Source: Phaeosaccion multiseriatum (lineage: Eukaryota > Protista > Ochrophyta, other classes). Taken from it: 64,000 nt of DNA. Positions within the stretch are counted from its first letter, which is position 1; each line of letters opens with the position of its first letter. The notes beneath the pieces were generated by a model, which ran no database searches, was not told the DNA's origin, and saw only the letters and a list, made by a program, of their open reading frames with translations. Below, in pieces: positions 45,601-57,600 of this stretch. The stretch is taken from the NCBI GenBank assembly GCA_965112735.1, contig OZ218964.1, forward strand, positions 2,170,001 to 2,234,000, read 5' to 3'. Made by a program: the position numbers and the translations under genes.

Positions 45601-48600
45601 AGCCACCCTCGAGGAGAGATACAAGGTCGGTGGGTAGAGGCGTATGGGGGAATGGGGGGGGGTAGAGGCATATGGGGGTTGGGTGGGGGGTGGGTGGGAG
45701 GGTAGAAGCATCAAGGGGGTGGGAAGAGGCCTGTGGAGGATGGGTAGAGGTATATGGGCATATGGTGGGCTGCTGGTGATGGGTGGGCACAGGCCTTGGG
45801 GCGTGGGTAGAGGCATATGGTGGGGTGGTGGTGGTGGATAGGAAGATTGATATGTGCGGTGGTGAGGGGCATGGAGGAGCATTACTGTAGCCTCACCCCT
45901 TCCGATTGTCTCACCCGCCCGTCCGGTGCCATCCTCCAACGCCTGTGTGAGTAGGACAAGTACGACGAGGACCTCGAGACCGTCATCAAGAAGGAGTGCT
46001 CGGGCTACTTCAGAGACGCCGTGCTGGCCTGGCTTGATCAGGCAAGTGCAGAGGGCAGCGAGTGGGCACAACGGAAAGGAGCCTCTCTTCTCTCTCTTCC
46101 CGACGCCGTTTTGAAGCTTGGCCCACCCTTCCACTACACCTTGACACATTTGTTGGTTGTTGCTGCTGTTGCTATGGCTGTCGTCGTCGTCGTCATCGCT
46201 GCTCTTGGTGTTGTTGTCGTGCTCACACACAGGGCTCCGACCCCACTGGCGGGCTGGACGCCATCACCTCCTCCCCCCTGCCGGAGAGCGATGACCCCGA
46301 GGAGGCCCTGGGGCTGCTCGACGAGCGACTCTCTGTGCTGCTCACGGAGAACACGAATCTCAAGGACCACGTCGCTACTGTGAGTGCTGAGGCAGTTGGT
46401 GATACAAGCTGTGAGAGTGATGCGTACTGTCCCTGCCACTCACCACTCCCCACTTCATGACCACTCTCACTCCACTCACTCCCGCCATCCCTCGCCCCCA
46501 TCTGTCAGGTGGATGCCCAGATGATCCACGACGCGTGCCAGGGCATTGGCACCAACGACAGGAAGCTCGTCAGGATCCTCTGCTCGCGCACCAAGCGGCA
46601 GGTAAGGGGTGTCAGGACTGAGAGAGAGGGGGTGTCAGGACAGAGAGAGGGGGTGTCAGGACAGAGCGAGGGGGTGTCAGGACAGAGAGAGGGGGTGTCA
46701 GGACAGAGAGAGAGGGTGTCAGGACAGAGAGAGAGGGGGTGTCAGGATACACCCTCGACTATCCATTCCACGTCATCAATCTGCTCCCTTAACTCGTGCC
46801 TGCCCATGTGCACGCCCATATGCCTGCCCATATGCCTGCCCATATGCCTGCCCATATGCCTGCCCATATGCCTGTCCATGTGCCCGCCCCTCTCCTCTCA
46901 GTGCGAGCGCATCGACGAGGAGTACCGCAAGCTCTTCGAAATGACCCTCAGGGAACAGTTACAGAAAGAGCTCTCCGGCGACTACCGCGTGAGTCATTGA
47001 GTCACAGATGGCCGTAGATGTGCAGATGGAGGAAGTCAGTGGGTCAGGGGAGGGATGGGTGAATGGATGGATGGGTGGGCGCGTGTGGGCGTGTGTGCGT
47101 AATGGATATCCCAGTACGAGACTTGGAGTGTTTCTCTGCCCCTCATATTGCCCCTCCCATCCCCCTCGGTCCCTCTTTCCTCCTTCCCGTGTTGTATATC
47201 CAGAAATTCCTTGTGTATGGACAAATGTCCCACGAGGAGTTCGATGCCCTGATGCTCAAGGAGGCCTTCTCCGGCCTAGGCACCGACGAGAGACTCCTCA
47301 TTGAGATCCTCACCACAAGGGACAACAACCGGCTTCAAGCCGCCAAGACCTACTATGAGGGTGAGGAGGGAGGGGGGGAGGGATGGGGGGAGAGGGTGGA
47401 GGGGTGGGAGAGGGGGAGGGGGGGGGGGGTGGAGGTGGTGGGGGTGGCCATGCCAGAGCCGTCCTGCCGCCTGCCTTTTCTAACTCTCTCTGTCTCTCCC
47501 TCCCAATCTCTCTCTCCCTCCCTCCACCCCCTCCCTCTCCTCCCCCCCACCCCCGCCACTGCTCCTCCTCAGACCGCTTCGACGAGTCGCTTCTGGATAC
47601 TCTCAACTCGGAGAACTCGGGGTCCCTGGGAAGCATCTTCCGCGGGCTGCTGAGCGGCGATCGAGCCGAGGACAAGGATGAGGAGGATGAGGAGGAGGCC
47701 GACGCCATCTGTGACACTCTCAATGAGGCCGCCTCCGGGTTGGGCACGGACGAGGCTCCTTTTGTTGATACACTCACCAAGACAAGCCGCAGCATGATCA
47801 AGGTGAGTAGTGTGTATTGTGTATGTGTGTGTGTGTGCGTGCGTGTTTGCGTGTGCTTGGGGTGTGTTTGGGTGGGTATGTGGGTATGTGCGTAAATGTG
47901 CACGCACTCACACACGCTCCACTACAGCACAGCAGCCACAGCTCCCTTCGACCCTCTTCCGCTCCTGTACTTCCTCCGATTCACGTGTGAGTGAGGGTCA
48001 CATGTTCTCAACAGCACGGCCCTCCATGCCCCTCCCCCTCCACTGCCATCCCCCTCCACTGCCATCCCCCTCCACTGCCATCCCCCTCCACTGCCATCCC
48101 ACCCTCCTCCTCCAGCTGGTGCAGAGCAAGTACGAGGAGAAGTTCGAATGCAGCCTGTCCCGCGTGGTGGACAAGGAGTTCAGGGGCAACACCAAGGAGG
48201 CCCTGCTGGCGCTGCTCGCCTCCCCGGAGGACTACTTCTGCAGGAGGATCAAGAGGGCCGTGGGCAAGACCTTCACAGACACCGGTGAGGGAGGCGGGCA
48301 GCAAGGGGGAGAAGAGAGTGATCAGCTGCTGTTATTGATGGTTGTTTGACCGCATTGTGTTCACTCCAGCAATCCAATGAGTCGTTACGTAAGTGAGTGG
48401 AGGTCCTCCCTCCCCGTATGCCTCTAACATGCATCACCTCTTTCTTGCTTGCTTGTCTAGGCTCTGTGACGCGCATCCTGGGGGGAAGTGACAAGCACTT
48501 GGCCATGGCCATCGCCGCCCGTTACGAGCAGAAGTACGACCAGGTGAGAGGGAGGGAGGGGGGGCAGGAGCGAGCGAGCGAGCGAGGGAGGGAGGGAGGG

Positions 48601-51600
48601 AGTGAGGCATGGGCGAGGGGGGACAGGAGGGAGGGAGGGAGGGAAGTAGGGAGTGAGGGAGGGGGGAGTCGCACTCATTCCAGGGGCAGAGCTGAGGCTT
48701 GCCACGAGGCTTGCCAGCTCTGCAAGATACTTTTCTCTGTATTTTCTCTCCTCTCTCTCCCCCTCTCTTTCTCTCTGGAGAATACACAGAGATTTGATGC
48801 CTCTCTCATCCCTCCCCCCTCTCTTTCCTTATCAGATGCTCACTGCTGACATCAAGAAGGCTTGCTCCGGGCACCTTCGCCGGGCCGTGCTGGCCTGGAT
48901 CACAGAGCTCGACCCCACCAAGGTGAGCAAGTTGGTCATACACACATGTGTGACACATGAGTGCGTTGGTGATTCGGGAGTCATCTGATTGACACAAAGC
49001 GCGTGTGCGTGCGTGCGTGCGTGTGACGAAGCATGGCGTGCCAGCTGCTGTCTGCTCCTCCGTGGGGTCGGTAGAGGTTCCCTTGTGGCCCGTCGGCTTG
49101 CTAACCATCTTACCATCTTTCATCACCAAAGACGGCTTGCTAACCATCTCTCTTCAATGGATGGATGGCACTAAATGGCACCGCAGGGACAGGAGGAGGT
49201 GACGCTGGAGGCGGAGGAGGAGGAGGAGGAGGAGGAAGCTGAAGCCGAAGCCGAGGAGGAGGTGCGTAACTATCAATCTATCTATCTGTCTCACTTCGAA
49301 CATTGAGCTTACGTAACTTGCGTACCTTGAAGACCTTGCGTAGTTCATTCTCATGTCGCACATAGGCCATTCCTGAGACAATCCAATGTCGAGCTTCAAT
49401 GTCGAGCTTCAATGTCAAGTTTCAGTACGCAATGTCGATCAATCCTCAGCCGCGATGTTTAGTTTCGATGTTTAGTTTCGGTGTCTGGTTTCGATGCCTA
49501 TAGTTTCAACGGCTGCTCGTCCCTTGCCCTGATCCTTCTCCCTCTAGCTCCTCCCCCTTATCCCTCCCTCCCTCCCTCCCTCCCTCCTTCCTTCCTTCCC
49601 TCCTTCCTTCCCTCCACCTCTTCCACTTGGCTTGCCACAACAGGAGGAGGAGCCCGCAGAGGAGGAGGAAGAGTCCGCTGGTGACGACGCGGAGGAGGAG
49701 GAGGAGGAGGAGGTGGAGGAGGAGGGGGAAGACGCCGAAGCACGTCAGCTCGAGGAGGAGCTGGAGGCCGAGGTGACGGATGAAGCCGAGCTTGAGAGGC
49801 TTCAGAGGCTGAAGGAGCAAGCTGCTGAGGAGGTGAGAGAGGGGGGCAAGGAGGGAGAAGGAGAGGGGCAAGGAGGGGAGAAGGAGAGGGGCAAGGAGGG
49901 GAGAAGGAGGGGAGAAGGAGAGGGCAGAAGGAGAGGGGGGAGGGGCATTGGCTGACTCGAACGCGCCTCTCCCGCTGTCTTGTCGAGTGGAGTGGAGGGA
50001 GAGCCAAATGGATTGTGCGACTCGTTGAAACTCGCCCTTGCTCGTGCTGTATCACCAATCGCTGTATGTATCTTGCTGTATCACCAACCGCCAACCGCTT
50101 ATGTATCTTGCTGTATCACCAACCGCTGTTTGCATCTTGCTGTATCACCAACCGCTGTATGCATCTTGCTGTATCACCAACCGCTCTATGTATCATGCTG
50201 CACAGAAAAAGGCAGAGAAGCAGCGCATGAAGAGGCAGGCGCAGAAGGCCAAGAGGGTGAGTACGTGACGAGGGGGTGTCAGGACTGAGTGAGTAGGGGG
50301 TATCAGGACACAACCTGGCTTGACTTGGGCCTCTGAGTGGGGCTCTTCCCTGTGGGCGAAGTAGGGTAGGGCGCCTTTGCTTAGGTGTGGCCCCTCGTGT
50401 GGCCGTCTTCGCTTGGCGCTCCTCCCCCCCACCCTTCCTCGCTTCATCGGCCCGCTCCTCGCCTGTGACGCTTGGTTGCTTGGTTACTTCACCTCGCTCC
50501 CTTGACACACTCACGCACGCACCCACCCCTCAGGCCAAGGACAGAAGGGCAAAGGAGAAGAAGGTCAAGATGAGGAACATGGCAGGACAGGTACATAAGT
50601 CAATGGGTGTGTAGAGAAGTCAAAGGGTGTGTGCGTGTGCGTGTGCGTGTGTGGGCATGTGTGTGTACGTGTGAGCACTACTCGCTGACGACGCCCCTCC
50701 TCTCCCTTGCGAATGTGACCCGACTCATCCACTGCCATCCAACGGTTACAGAAACGCGTGGTGCAGTTCAGGAAGCAGACCCACATCGCCCCCCTGACGC
50801 CCCTGACGGTGTTCGGACAGTTCACCGACGAGGGCTATGTGGCAGCCAATCCGGACCTCGAGATCGCAGAGGACAGCAGCGGCTGGCAGCAGTTCTGGTG
50901 AGTGGCACGGGGGTGGAGCTCGGGTGCGGTGGGGTGTGGTGAGAGAGAGAGGAAGTGGGCTGGGCTCCCTTTCCTTTTCCATTTCCTTCCAACTCTACCT
51001 GTTCCTGTGTGCTGCCTTTGCCCCTGACAAAGCAAAACCTGTCTCTCCCCGTCCCACCTTCCCTCCCACGCCCCTGTCCTGACACCCCTGTCCTGACACC
51101 CCTGTCCTGACACCCCTGTCCTGACACCCCTGCCCTCCCACCCTGCCCTGCTGCCCCTGTCCTGCAGGAAGCGCGGCTTCTGGCAGGGCCGCTTGGTGCA
51201 GCTGACCAACGAGTACGGCTGCTTCCAGGGCTTCTTCTCTCCTCAACTCTACTGCGATACGCTGGAGCTTCCCCTTGAGGAGGAGGACTCCCCCAAGTGG
51301 AAGCCGCCCGAGATGGTGGGGTGGAGCCACTTTCAGCATGGGGGCAAGGAGGAGGGCACACCCCTTCCCATCCTCAACCCCTTCCCAATGTAAGTACCCC
51401 TCTCAAAGAAAAAGAAGCCCGGTTTTGTCTCTCTCCCCTTCTACCCCTCTTCTTCTCCCCTTCTCCCTCCCTCTCCCCTTCTCCCTCTCCTTCTCCCTCC
51501 CTCCCTCCCTCCCTCCCTCCCTCCCTCCCTCCCTCCCTCCCTCCCTCCCTCCCTCCCTCCCTCCCTCCCTCCCTCCCTCCCTCCCTCCCTCCCTCCTTGT

Positions 51601-52886
51601 CCCTCACCTCCCCCTTCTCCCCCCCTCCCCCCCTCTCCCCCTCACCCCCTCACCCCCCTCCCCCCCCCTCCCTCCCGCTCTGCAGCTACGTGGTGGGCAA
51701 GTTCAACCCCAACAAATACCTCAACAGGTACCCCGACGCGAAGCTCGCAGGGGGCAAGCCCAGGCCCGGCCCCTTCGATGAGGAGTGGTACAAGAACACG
51801 TAAGTCTCTCCTCATCCTCAGTTTGTCGCCAGGCAAAACATATGTTCACGTGTTGTAGTCGCCCCTCTGCTGACACCAGTCGCCAGGCCATGTTGAGGTG
51901 GCGCAATCCCTACCATAGCCCTCCTTGCCTGTTTCCCTGATACGATACATTCTCACGGACTTCCTCTGCTCCTCCGTCCCCACTGCCACCCCACATCAAC
52001 TGCCATCAACTGCCATCCACGGCCACCATTCACTGCCATGCTCTACTGCATCCACGGCCACGCCCTGCCATCCACTGCCATCCTCCCTCCTTCAGCTACA
52101 TGGACGGAGAGGGCGACTCTCAGGACGTGTTGAATCACTTCAAGGAGAACAGACAGGCCGACATCAAGGTAAGCAAAGTCGTCCTTCATGGACTTACTGT
52201 GCCGGCGTTCTTCATTGACTTATTGATGTGCTTGTTGTCTCCTCTCCAAACCGGCTTCGATTCATCGGCCCTCACCACCACCACCATCACCACCACTACC
52301 AACCAAACCCGCTCTCATTACGACGGCTACTCCTCCAACCATCCTCCTCCTCCACCACACTCAGGCGGGCGGCGCGGTGGGCAGGTTCAACAAGAAGTTC
52401 TACAAGAAGAAGCACCTCAAGCCCAGGCCGTTCCACCACTACTTCAGGAAGGGCTTCAAGAAGCACGTCAAGATCAAGGTCAAGAAGGGACCGCCCCTCA
52501 CGGCGCACCAGCACTTTGTGCAGGTCAGTGTTGAGGTGGAGGCATACAGGCATCGAGTGGGGGGGATGGCAGTGGGTGGTTCAGCTTAGAGGAAGAGAGA
52601 GTGAGAGAGAGGGAGCCCTCCCCCTGCGTGCCTCGCTTGCACCAATGAACATGTATTCCCTCAGACTCAAGACTCAAACGCAAACTGCTGCATGTCCGTC
52701 CCCATACACCTCCACCCATCCAACGCCCCCTTCCCATGGGCCTCCACCCTCCCCTCCCTCCAACGACAGAGGGGCTCTGACCGCACGCTGACGGTGAGCA
52801 ACGCCCTCGGAGTGTTCGAAGGAGTCTTCGACCCGGAGACGTACTGCAAGCTGCACGGTAAGGAGGACAGCACACTGGCACTCAGA

Positions 52887-52936
<50 letters not shown>

Positions 52937-53393
52937 CTGCTGGGTACACGTTGTGGGAAGTGAAACCGAACCCTTCTCTGCTGCTGGGCAGAGCTTGCTT
53001 GCATAGGACAGGGCCACCCTTTCCCCTTGGTTGTACTCTCGCGCGTCTCTCATCTCTGCTTCTCTCCCTTCCCTTCACACCTCCCCCTCCGCCCACGCGT
53101 GTTGGTCATCCGCCCCTCCACTCACAGGCTGCGACGACGCCCTGGCCCACTTCGAAAGCGAGGGCTTCTACTCTGGCGTGGCCTTCCCCCTGAAGAACGT
53201 CGTCGCCAAGACACTGCACTTGGACACTCTCACGTGTGACACGCCGCCCGCTGAGGAGGAGGAGGACGACGAGCTCGAGGCCGACAGCGACGAGGAGGAG
53301 GAAGATGATGATGATGATGAGGATGATGATGATGATGATGAGGAGGAAGGAGATGATGACGAGGGCGAGGACAGCGGCGAGGACAGCGACTGA
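42644..53393 (+). CDS. Eight-repeat (double-tetrad) annexin with N-terminal MGAGAS, acidic/basic linker, C-terminal FDxxxYxxxxPD/HF..G repeats and acidic tail
   Basis: ~30 exons: 42644-42683, 42930-43030, 43296-43323, 43433-43578, 43837-43909, 44042-44117, 44290-44434, 44778-44839, 45112-45223, 45438-45625, 45955-46041, 46233-46379, 46509-46601, 46902-46988, 47204-47360, 47573-47802, 48116-48284, 48461-48543, 48836-48922, 49187-49261, 49644-49832, 50206-50256, 50534-50590, 50752-50897, 51168-51388, 51686-51799, 52096-52168, 52365-52523, 52770-52857, 53128-53393 (TGA). Annexin repeats: EGLGTDNSQLIDALCSR, DGLGTDELRLMEVL, KRLGTNSGPFLDIL, KGLGTNEDAVCRIL, QGIGTNDRKLVRILCSR, SGLGTDERLLIEILTTR, SGLGTDEAPFVDTL, GKTFTDTGSVTRIL. 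Confidence 0.92.
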
Positions 53394-54184
53394 AGTGGCT
53401 GAAGCGACTCAAGCTGGTGCTGCTGCGGTACGGAGGTGTGGCGGTGATAAGCGATGGCGCGTCGGGCCTGTTGGGGAATCAAATCAGTCTTTTCTTACTC
53501 CGAAGGCGGACGGAGACAAAGGGGGGAGGGGAGGGAGATGGAGGGAGATAGAGAGAGGGGCGGGAGACAAAGAAGCTCGGTTACATGTGGGAGGGGAAAG
53601 TTGTTAGCGTTGCTGGGGTGCGTTCCCCGAGGGGGTGCGTTTCCCGAGGGGAGGCTGTGCGTGTGCGTGCGTGCGGTGAATGCGAACGAACGTGAGTAGA
53701 AATAGTTTGAAGAAGAGTTTTTTATGTTTTCGGTTGGGGGGGAGCGGGGGGGAGCTATCGATGAGTGCAAATATATCTTCATGGGGCTCTCCACGAGTTG
53801 GTGCTTCGTCTGCTGCCATGTCTGCCGCTCTGTGCTCCGTCAAGGCTAGGAGCAGCTAGTCTTGCTCCGGTCGACGGAGGAGACAGGCGAGGGAGGGAGA
53901 GGCGAGGGGGGGGGGGAGAGGCGGGGGCGGCGAGGAGGAGAGGAGAGGAGAAGAGAGGACAAAGGGTCGGTTGTTTGGGAGGGTGGGGGGGCGAAGAAAA
54001 TGCCAGGGCAGAGCAGGGCCAATGCAATCATGCAATGACTTATTCGGAACAGCAGGTGTAGTTGAGACTACACGACTCTATTAGTACAACGATACAGACA
54101 TTTGCTGCCATCTCTCTCTCTGCCTCTCTGCAGACATTTGCTACCATCGCTCTCTGCCTCTCTGCTGTGTTTGTGTGTCTGTGT

Positions 54185-54215
<31 letters not shown>

Positions 54216-54648
54216 GTGCGTGGGTAGGTGGTAAAAGGGTTCGTGGGTTTCCCTGACATGATGCGTGGCTGCGTGTTCGCGTGTGCTCGTTGGCCGCGTG
54301 ACAGTGGGCACACAGAAAGGCAAAGACCAAGGTGTCAAGGTGTCTGAGCCAGTCACCCGTTCTTTTCTAAATGTATAACCAACTGCCCCATGAAGAGGTG
54401 CGCAACCACGAATACAAATCTGATTCCAAATCCACATATCCATCCAAATGGAAGGAAGAGCCAGGAGATGGCAGAGCAGCAGTAGCACGAGTGACAGAAT
54501 CATGGAAGGCAGGAATGGTCGATACTGAAGTACCGGTAGGAGGCGAGCAGCCGCGGAAGGAAGAAGGGTAAAAAAATGAGGGATTGGCAGCCCACCGGTT
54601 TAGCACCCCTACGGAAGATTTAGGTTTGGCCGCGCAGACAGCGGAGAG

Positions 54649-57600
54649 ATGCAGAAGAAAACCGCCCCGATGACAGGCAGCTCATCTGGACGCAAGTCCA
54701 AGAAGCCGGCCAATAAGAAGGGCAAGCCTGTGGTCTTCCAGCAGCCCCCCCAGCCTCAGCGGCCCACAAACTCCGGGGCCAACGCATGGGCGGCACTCGC
54801 AGGCTCCTCTTCCTCTACTCAGAGCGCAGGCTGGGGGGCAAGCCATCCGCCGGGACAACCCCAGGGCCATCAATTCCCCCCCATGCCTGAGCCTCTGCGC
54901 AGTGCGGGGTCAGGGTGGGCGGCAACCCCTCCACCTCACCATACGAATCGCGTCCCTGGCCATGCCCAGCCCTGGCCTCCTCCCCACCCCGCCCCCCCTC
55001 TTCAGCAGTACGCCCCTATGCCCTACACATGGGGAATGCCGCAAGCGACAACCCAAATGGGCCAAATGGGCCAAATAGGGCCACACATAGGAATGGGAAT
55101 GCCCCCCGCCCTGCCCGTGCCCCTGCCCCTGCCCCTGCCCCTGCCGCCCCCCCCCGACTACCCCGTGTACTCGGATGAGCGTATCGCTGCCCTCTGCATG
55201 CAGGGCTTGGGCTTGGGCGTGGGTGTGGACCTGCTCAGGGACAAGAATGGGGTGTCCGTCACACAAGCAGGTACGGCAGGTCTTGGCATGCCAGGTCCTG
55301 GGTGTTCCTGTGTGTGTGTATGTGTGTATGTGTGTGTATGTGTGTGTATGTGCGTGTGTGTGGATCCTGTCCAACTCTCACCTTTCATCCGAGGAGAGAG
55401 AGAGACACACGCCCCAGGCCATAGCTCATTACCCGAACTGTCCCGTTCCTCCCTCTCTTCCTCCCTCCCTCCCTCCCTCCCTCCCTCACTCCCTCCCTCC
55501 CTCCCTCCCTCCCTCCCTCCCTCCCTCCCTCCCCTCCTCCCTCCCTCCCTCCCACCCACCTCCTTTCCACCCCCTCCTGCCCCCCGTCTCCCCAGTGACA
55601 GCAATGGCACCCCATGCGGGGCAGAATGGCTCGCGCTCAAGCCCCGTTTCTGCTGCAGCACCCGTGAAACAGCAGCAAGTACAGTACCAGGAGAAGGCGT
55701 TTCCACCCCTGGGCAGTGAGAGCGGCACCACTTCTACGGCCATGGCCGAGCGTGAGCGTTTCACCCTTGACTTTGGAAGCATTGCTATTCGGGAAGTGGA
55801 AGTAGCGGGGCTTCTGAATCGAGGAGGGCAGGAAGGAGGAGGAGGAGGAGGAGGAGGAGGAGGAGGAGGAGGAGGAGGAGGAGGAGGAGGAGGCGGAGAA
55901 GTAAGAGAGGAAGAGGCCCCTTTGGGGTACGCCCCTGTGCGGGAGCAGCGAACGGCCATGGGAGGCGTGACGGCGGAGCAGCTCGAAGGAAAGCTCCTGA
56001 AGTTGGGTATCGCACCGGCCCAAGGAGAGGGGGGGCACATGGGAGCAGAGGGAGAGAGGAGGGCAGAGGAGAGGACGGAGGCGTTTGTGGTGAGGAACCA
56101 CGGGACCGGCTTTGTGAGGCTTAGAAAGGTGAGGGACGGGGACGTGTAAGGCCGACTTTTTGAGGGGCTGCGGAAAGAAGAGTGAGGGAGCGGGAGAGAG
56201 GCAGGAGAGGGAGTGAAGAGAGAGAGAGGGCGAGGAAGCCTTAGAGAGAGAGGTTGAGAAGCCTTTGAGAGAGAGGGTGAGGAAGACTCAAAGAGAGAGG
56301 GTGAGGGTGAGGAAGCCTTAGAGAGAGAGGGTGAGGAAGCCTTAGAAAGAGAGGGTGAGGAAGGCGTATTTCTGTTTGCACTCCCACTCCCACTCCCGCC
56401 CACCGCGTAATTTCTCCCTCTCTCTCCCTCTCTTCTTCCCTCCCTTCCCCTCTCCTCTCTCCCGTCTTTCATCCTCCTCCTCCTCCTCCTGATCCTCCTC
56501 CTCCTCCTCCTCCTCCTCCTCCTCCTGTTGAGGGCAGCTCCTCTTTGTGTCTGATGGGGTATCGCCTTCATCTGCTGCCATCGACCCCCACTTTGAGGTG
56601 AGAGTCAGAGGGAAAGAAGGGAAGGAGGGAGAGGGAGGGGGAGGGAGAGGGAGAAGGGAGAAGTGGGAGGATGGAGGGAGGAGGGAGTGAGGGAAAGAGG
56701 GAGGGAGAGGGACAGAGGGAGGGAGAGGGACAGGGAGGGAGGGAAGGAGGGAGGGAGGGAGGGATGGATGGCGGGAGGGAAGGAGGGAGGGAGGAGGGGG
56801 CTAGTAAAGCAACAGATAGTTGCAGGAGAGAAAGGACTGAAGAGTAAACAGGCTGAAAGTGCCCCCTCTCCTCCCCCTCCCAAAGGTACGCTACCAGGCG
56901 GACGTGCTGACGTCACCCCCCCCAGGGGAGGAGCTTCCCCTGTGGGCAGACGGAGGGACCTCAGAGGTGGTGCTAGGGCCGGGTGGGGGCGCGTGCGTGT
57001 TGGTTATCCGCACCAAGCCACAGATGGCACTGGCCTTTGTGGAGAAGAGGCTGCTGCTCGTACTGCAGCGCCGCTCGCCAGACTCGCAGTGCAGACCTTT
57101 CGACGACACGGGTAAGGGATGGCAGTGGATGGGCAGGAGGGGAGGGAGGGAGAGAGAGAGGATGGCAGTGGATTGGCAGGAGGGGAGGGAGAGAGGATGG
57201 TAGTGGATGGGCAGGAGGGGAGAGAGAGAGACTTGCAGTGGATTGGCAGGAGGGGGAGAGAGAGAGGATGGCAGTGGATTGGCAGGAGGGGAGGGAGAGA
57301 GGATGGCAGTGGATGGGCAGGAGGGGAGAGAGAGGATGGTAGTGGATTGGCAGGAGGGGAGGGAGAGAGGATGGCAGTGGATGGGCAGGAGGGGAGGGAG
57401 AGAGGATGGCAGTGGATGGGCAGGAGGGGAGAGAGAGAGGATGGCAGTGGATGGGCAGGAGGGGAGAGAGAGAGGATGGCAGTGGATTGGCAGGAGGGGA
57501 GGGAGAGGATGGCAGTGGATGGGCAGGAAGGGAGAGAGAGAGGATGGCAGTGGATGGGCAGGAAGGGAGAGAGAGAGGATGGCAGTGGATTGGCAGGAGG

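Noticed and set aside
54371-54571. 66-aa ORF upstream of the helicase
   Set aside because: No recognisable similarity or clear splice link; it may be promoter or 5' UTR sequence
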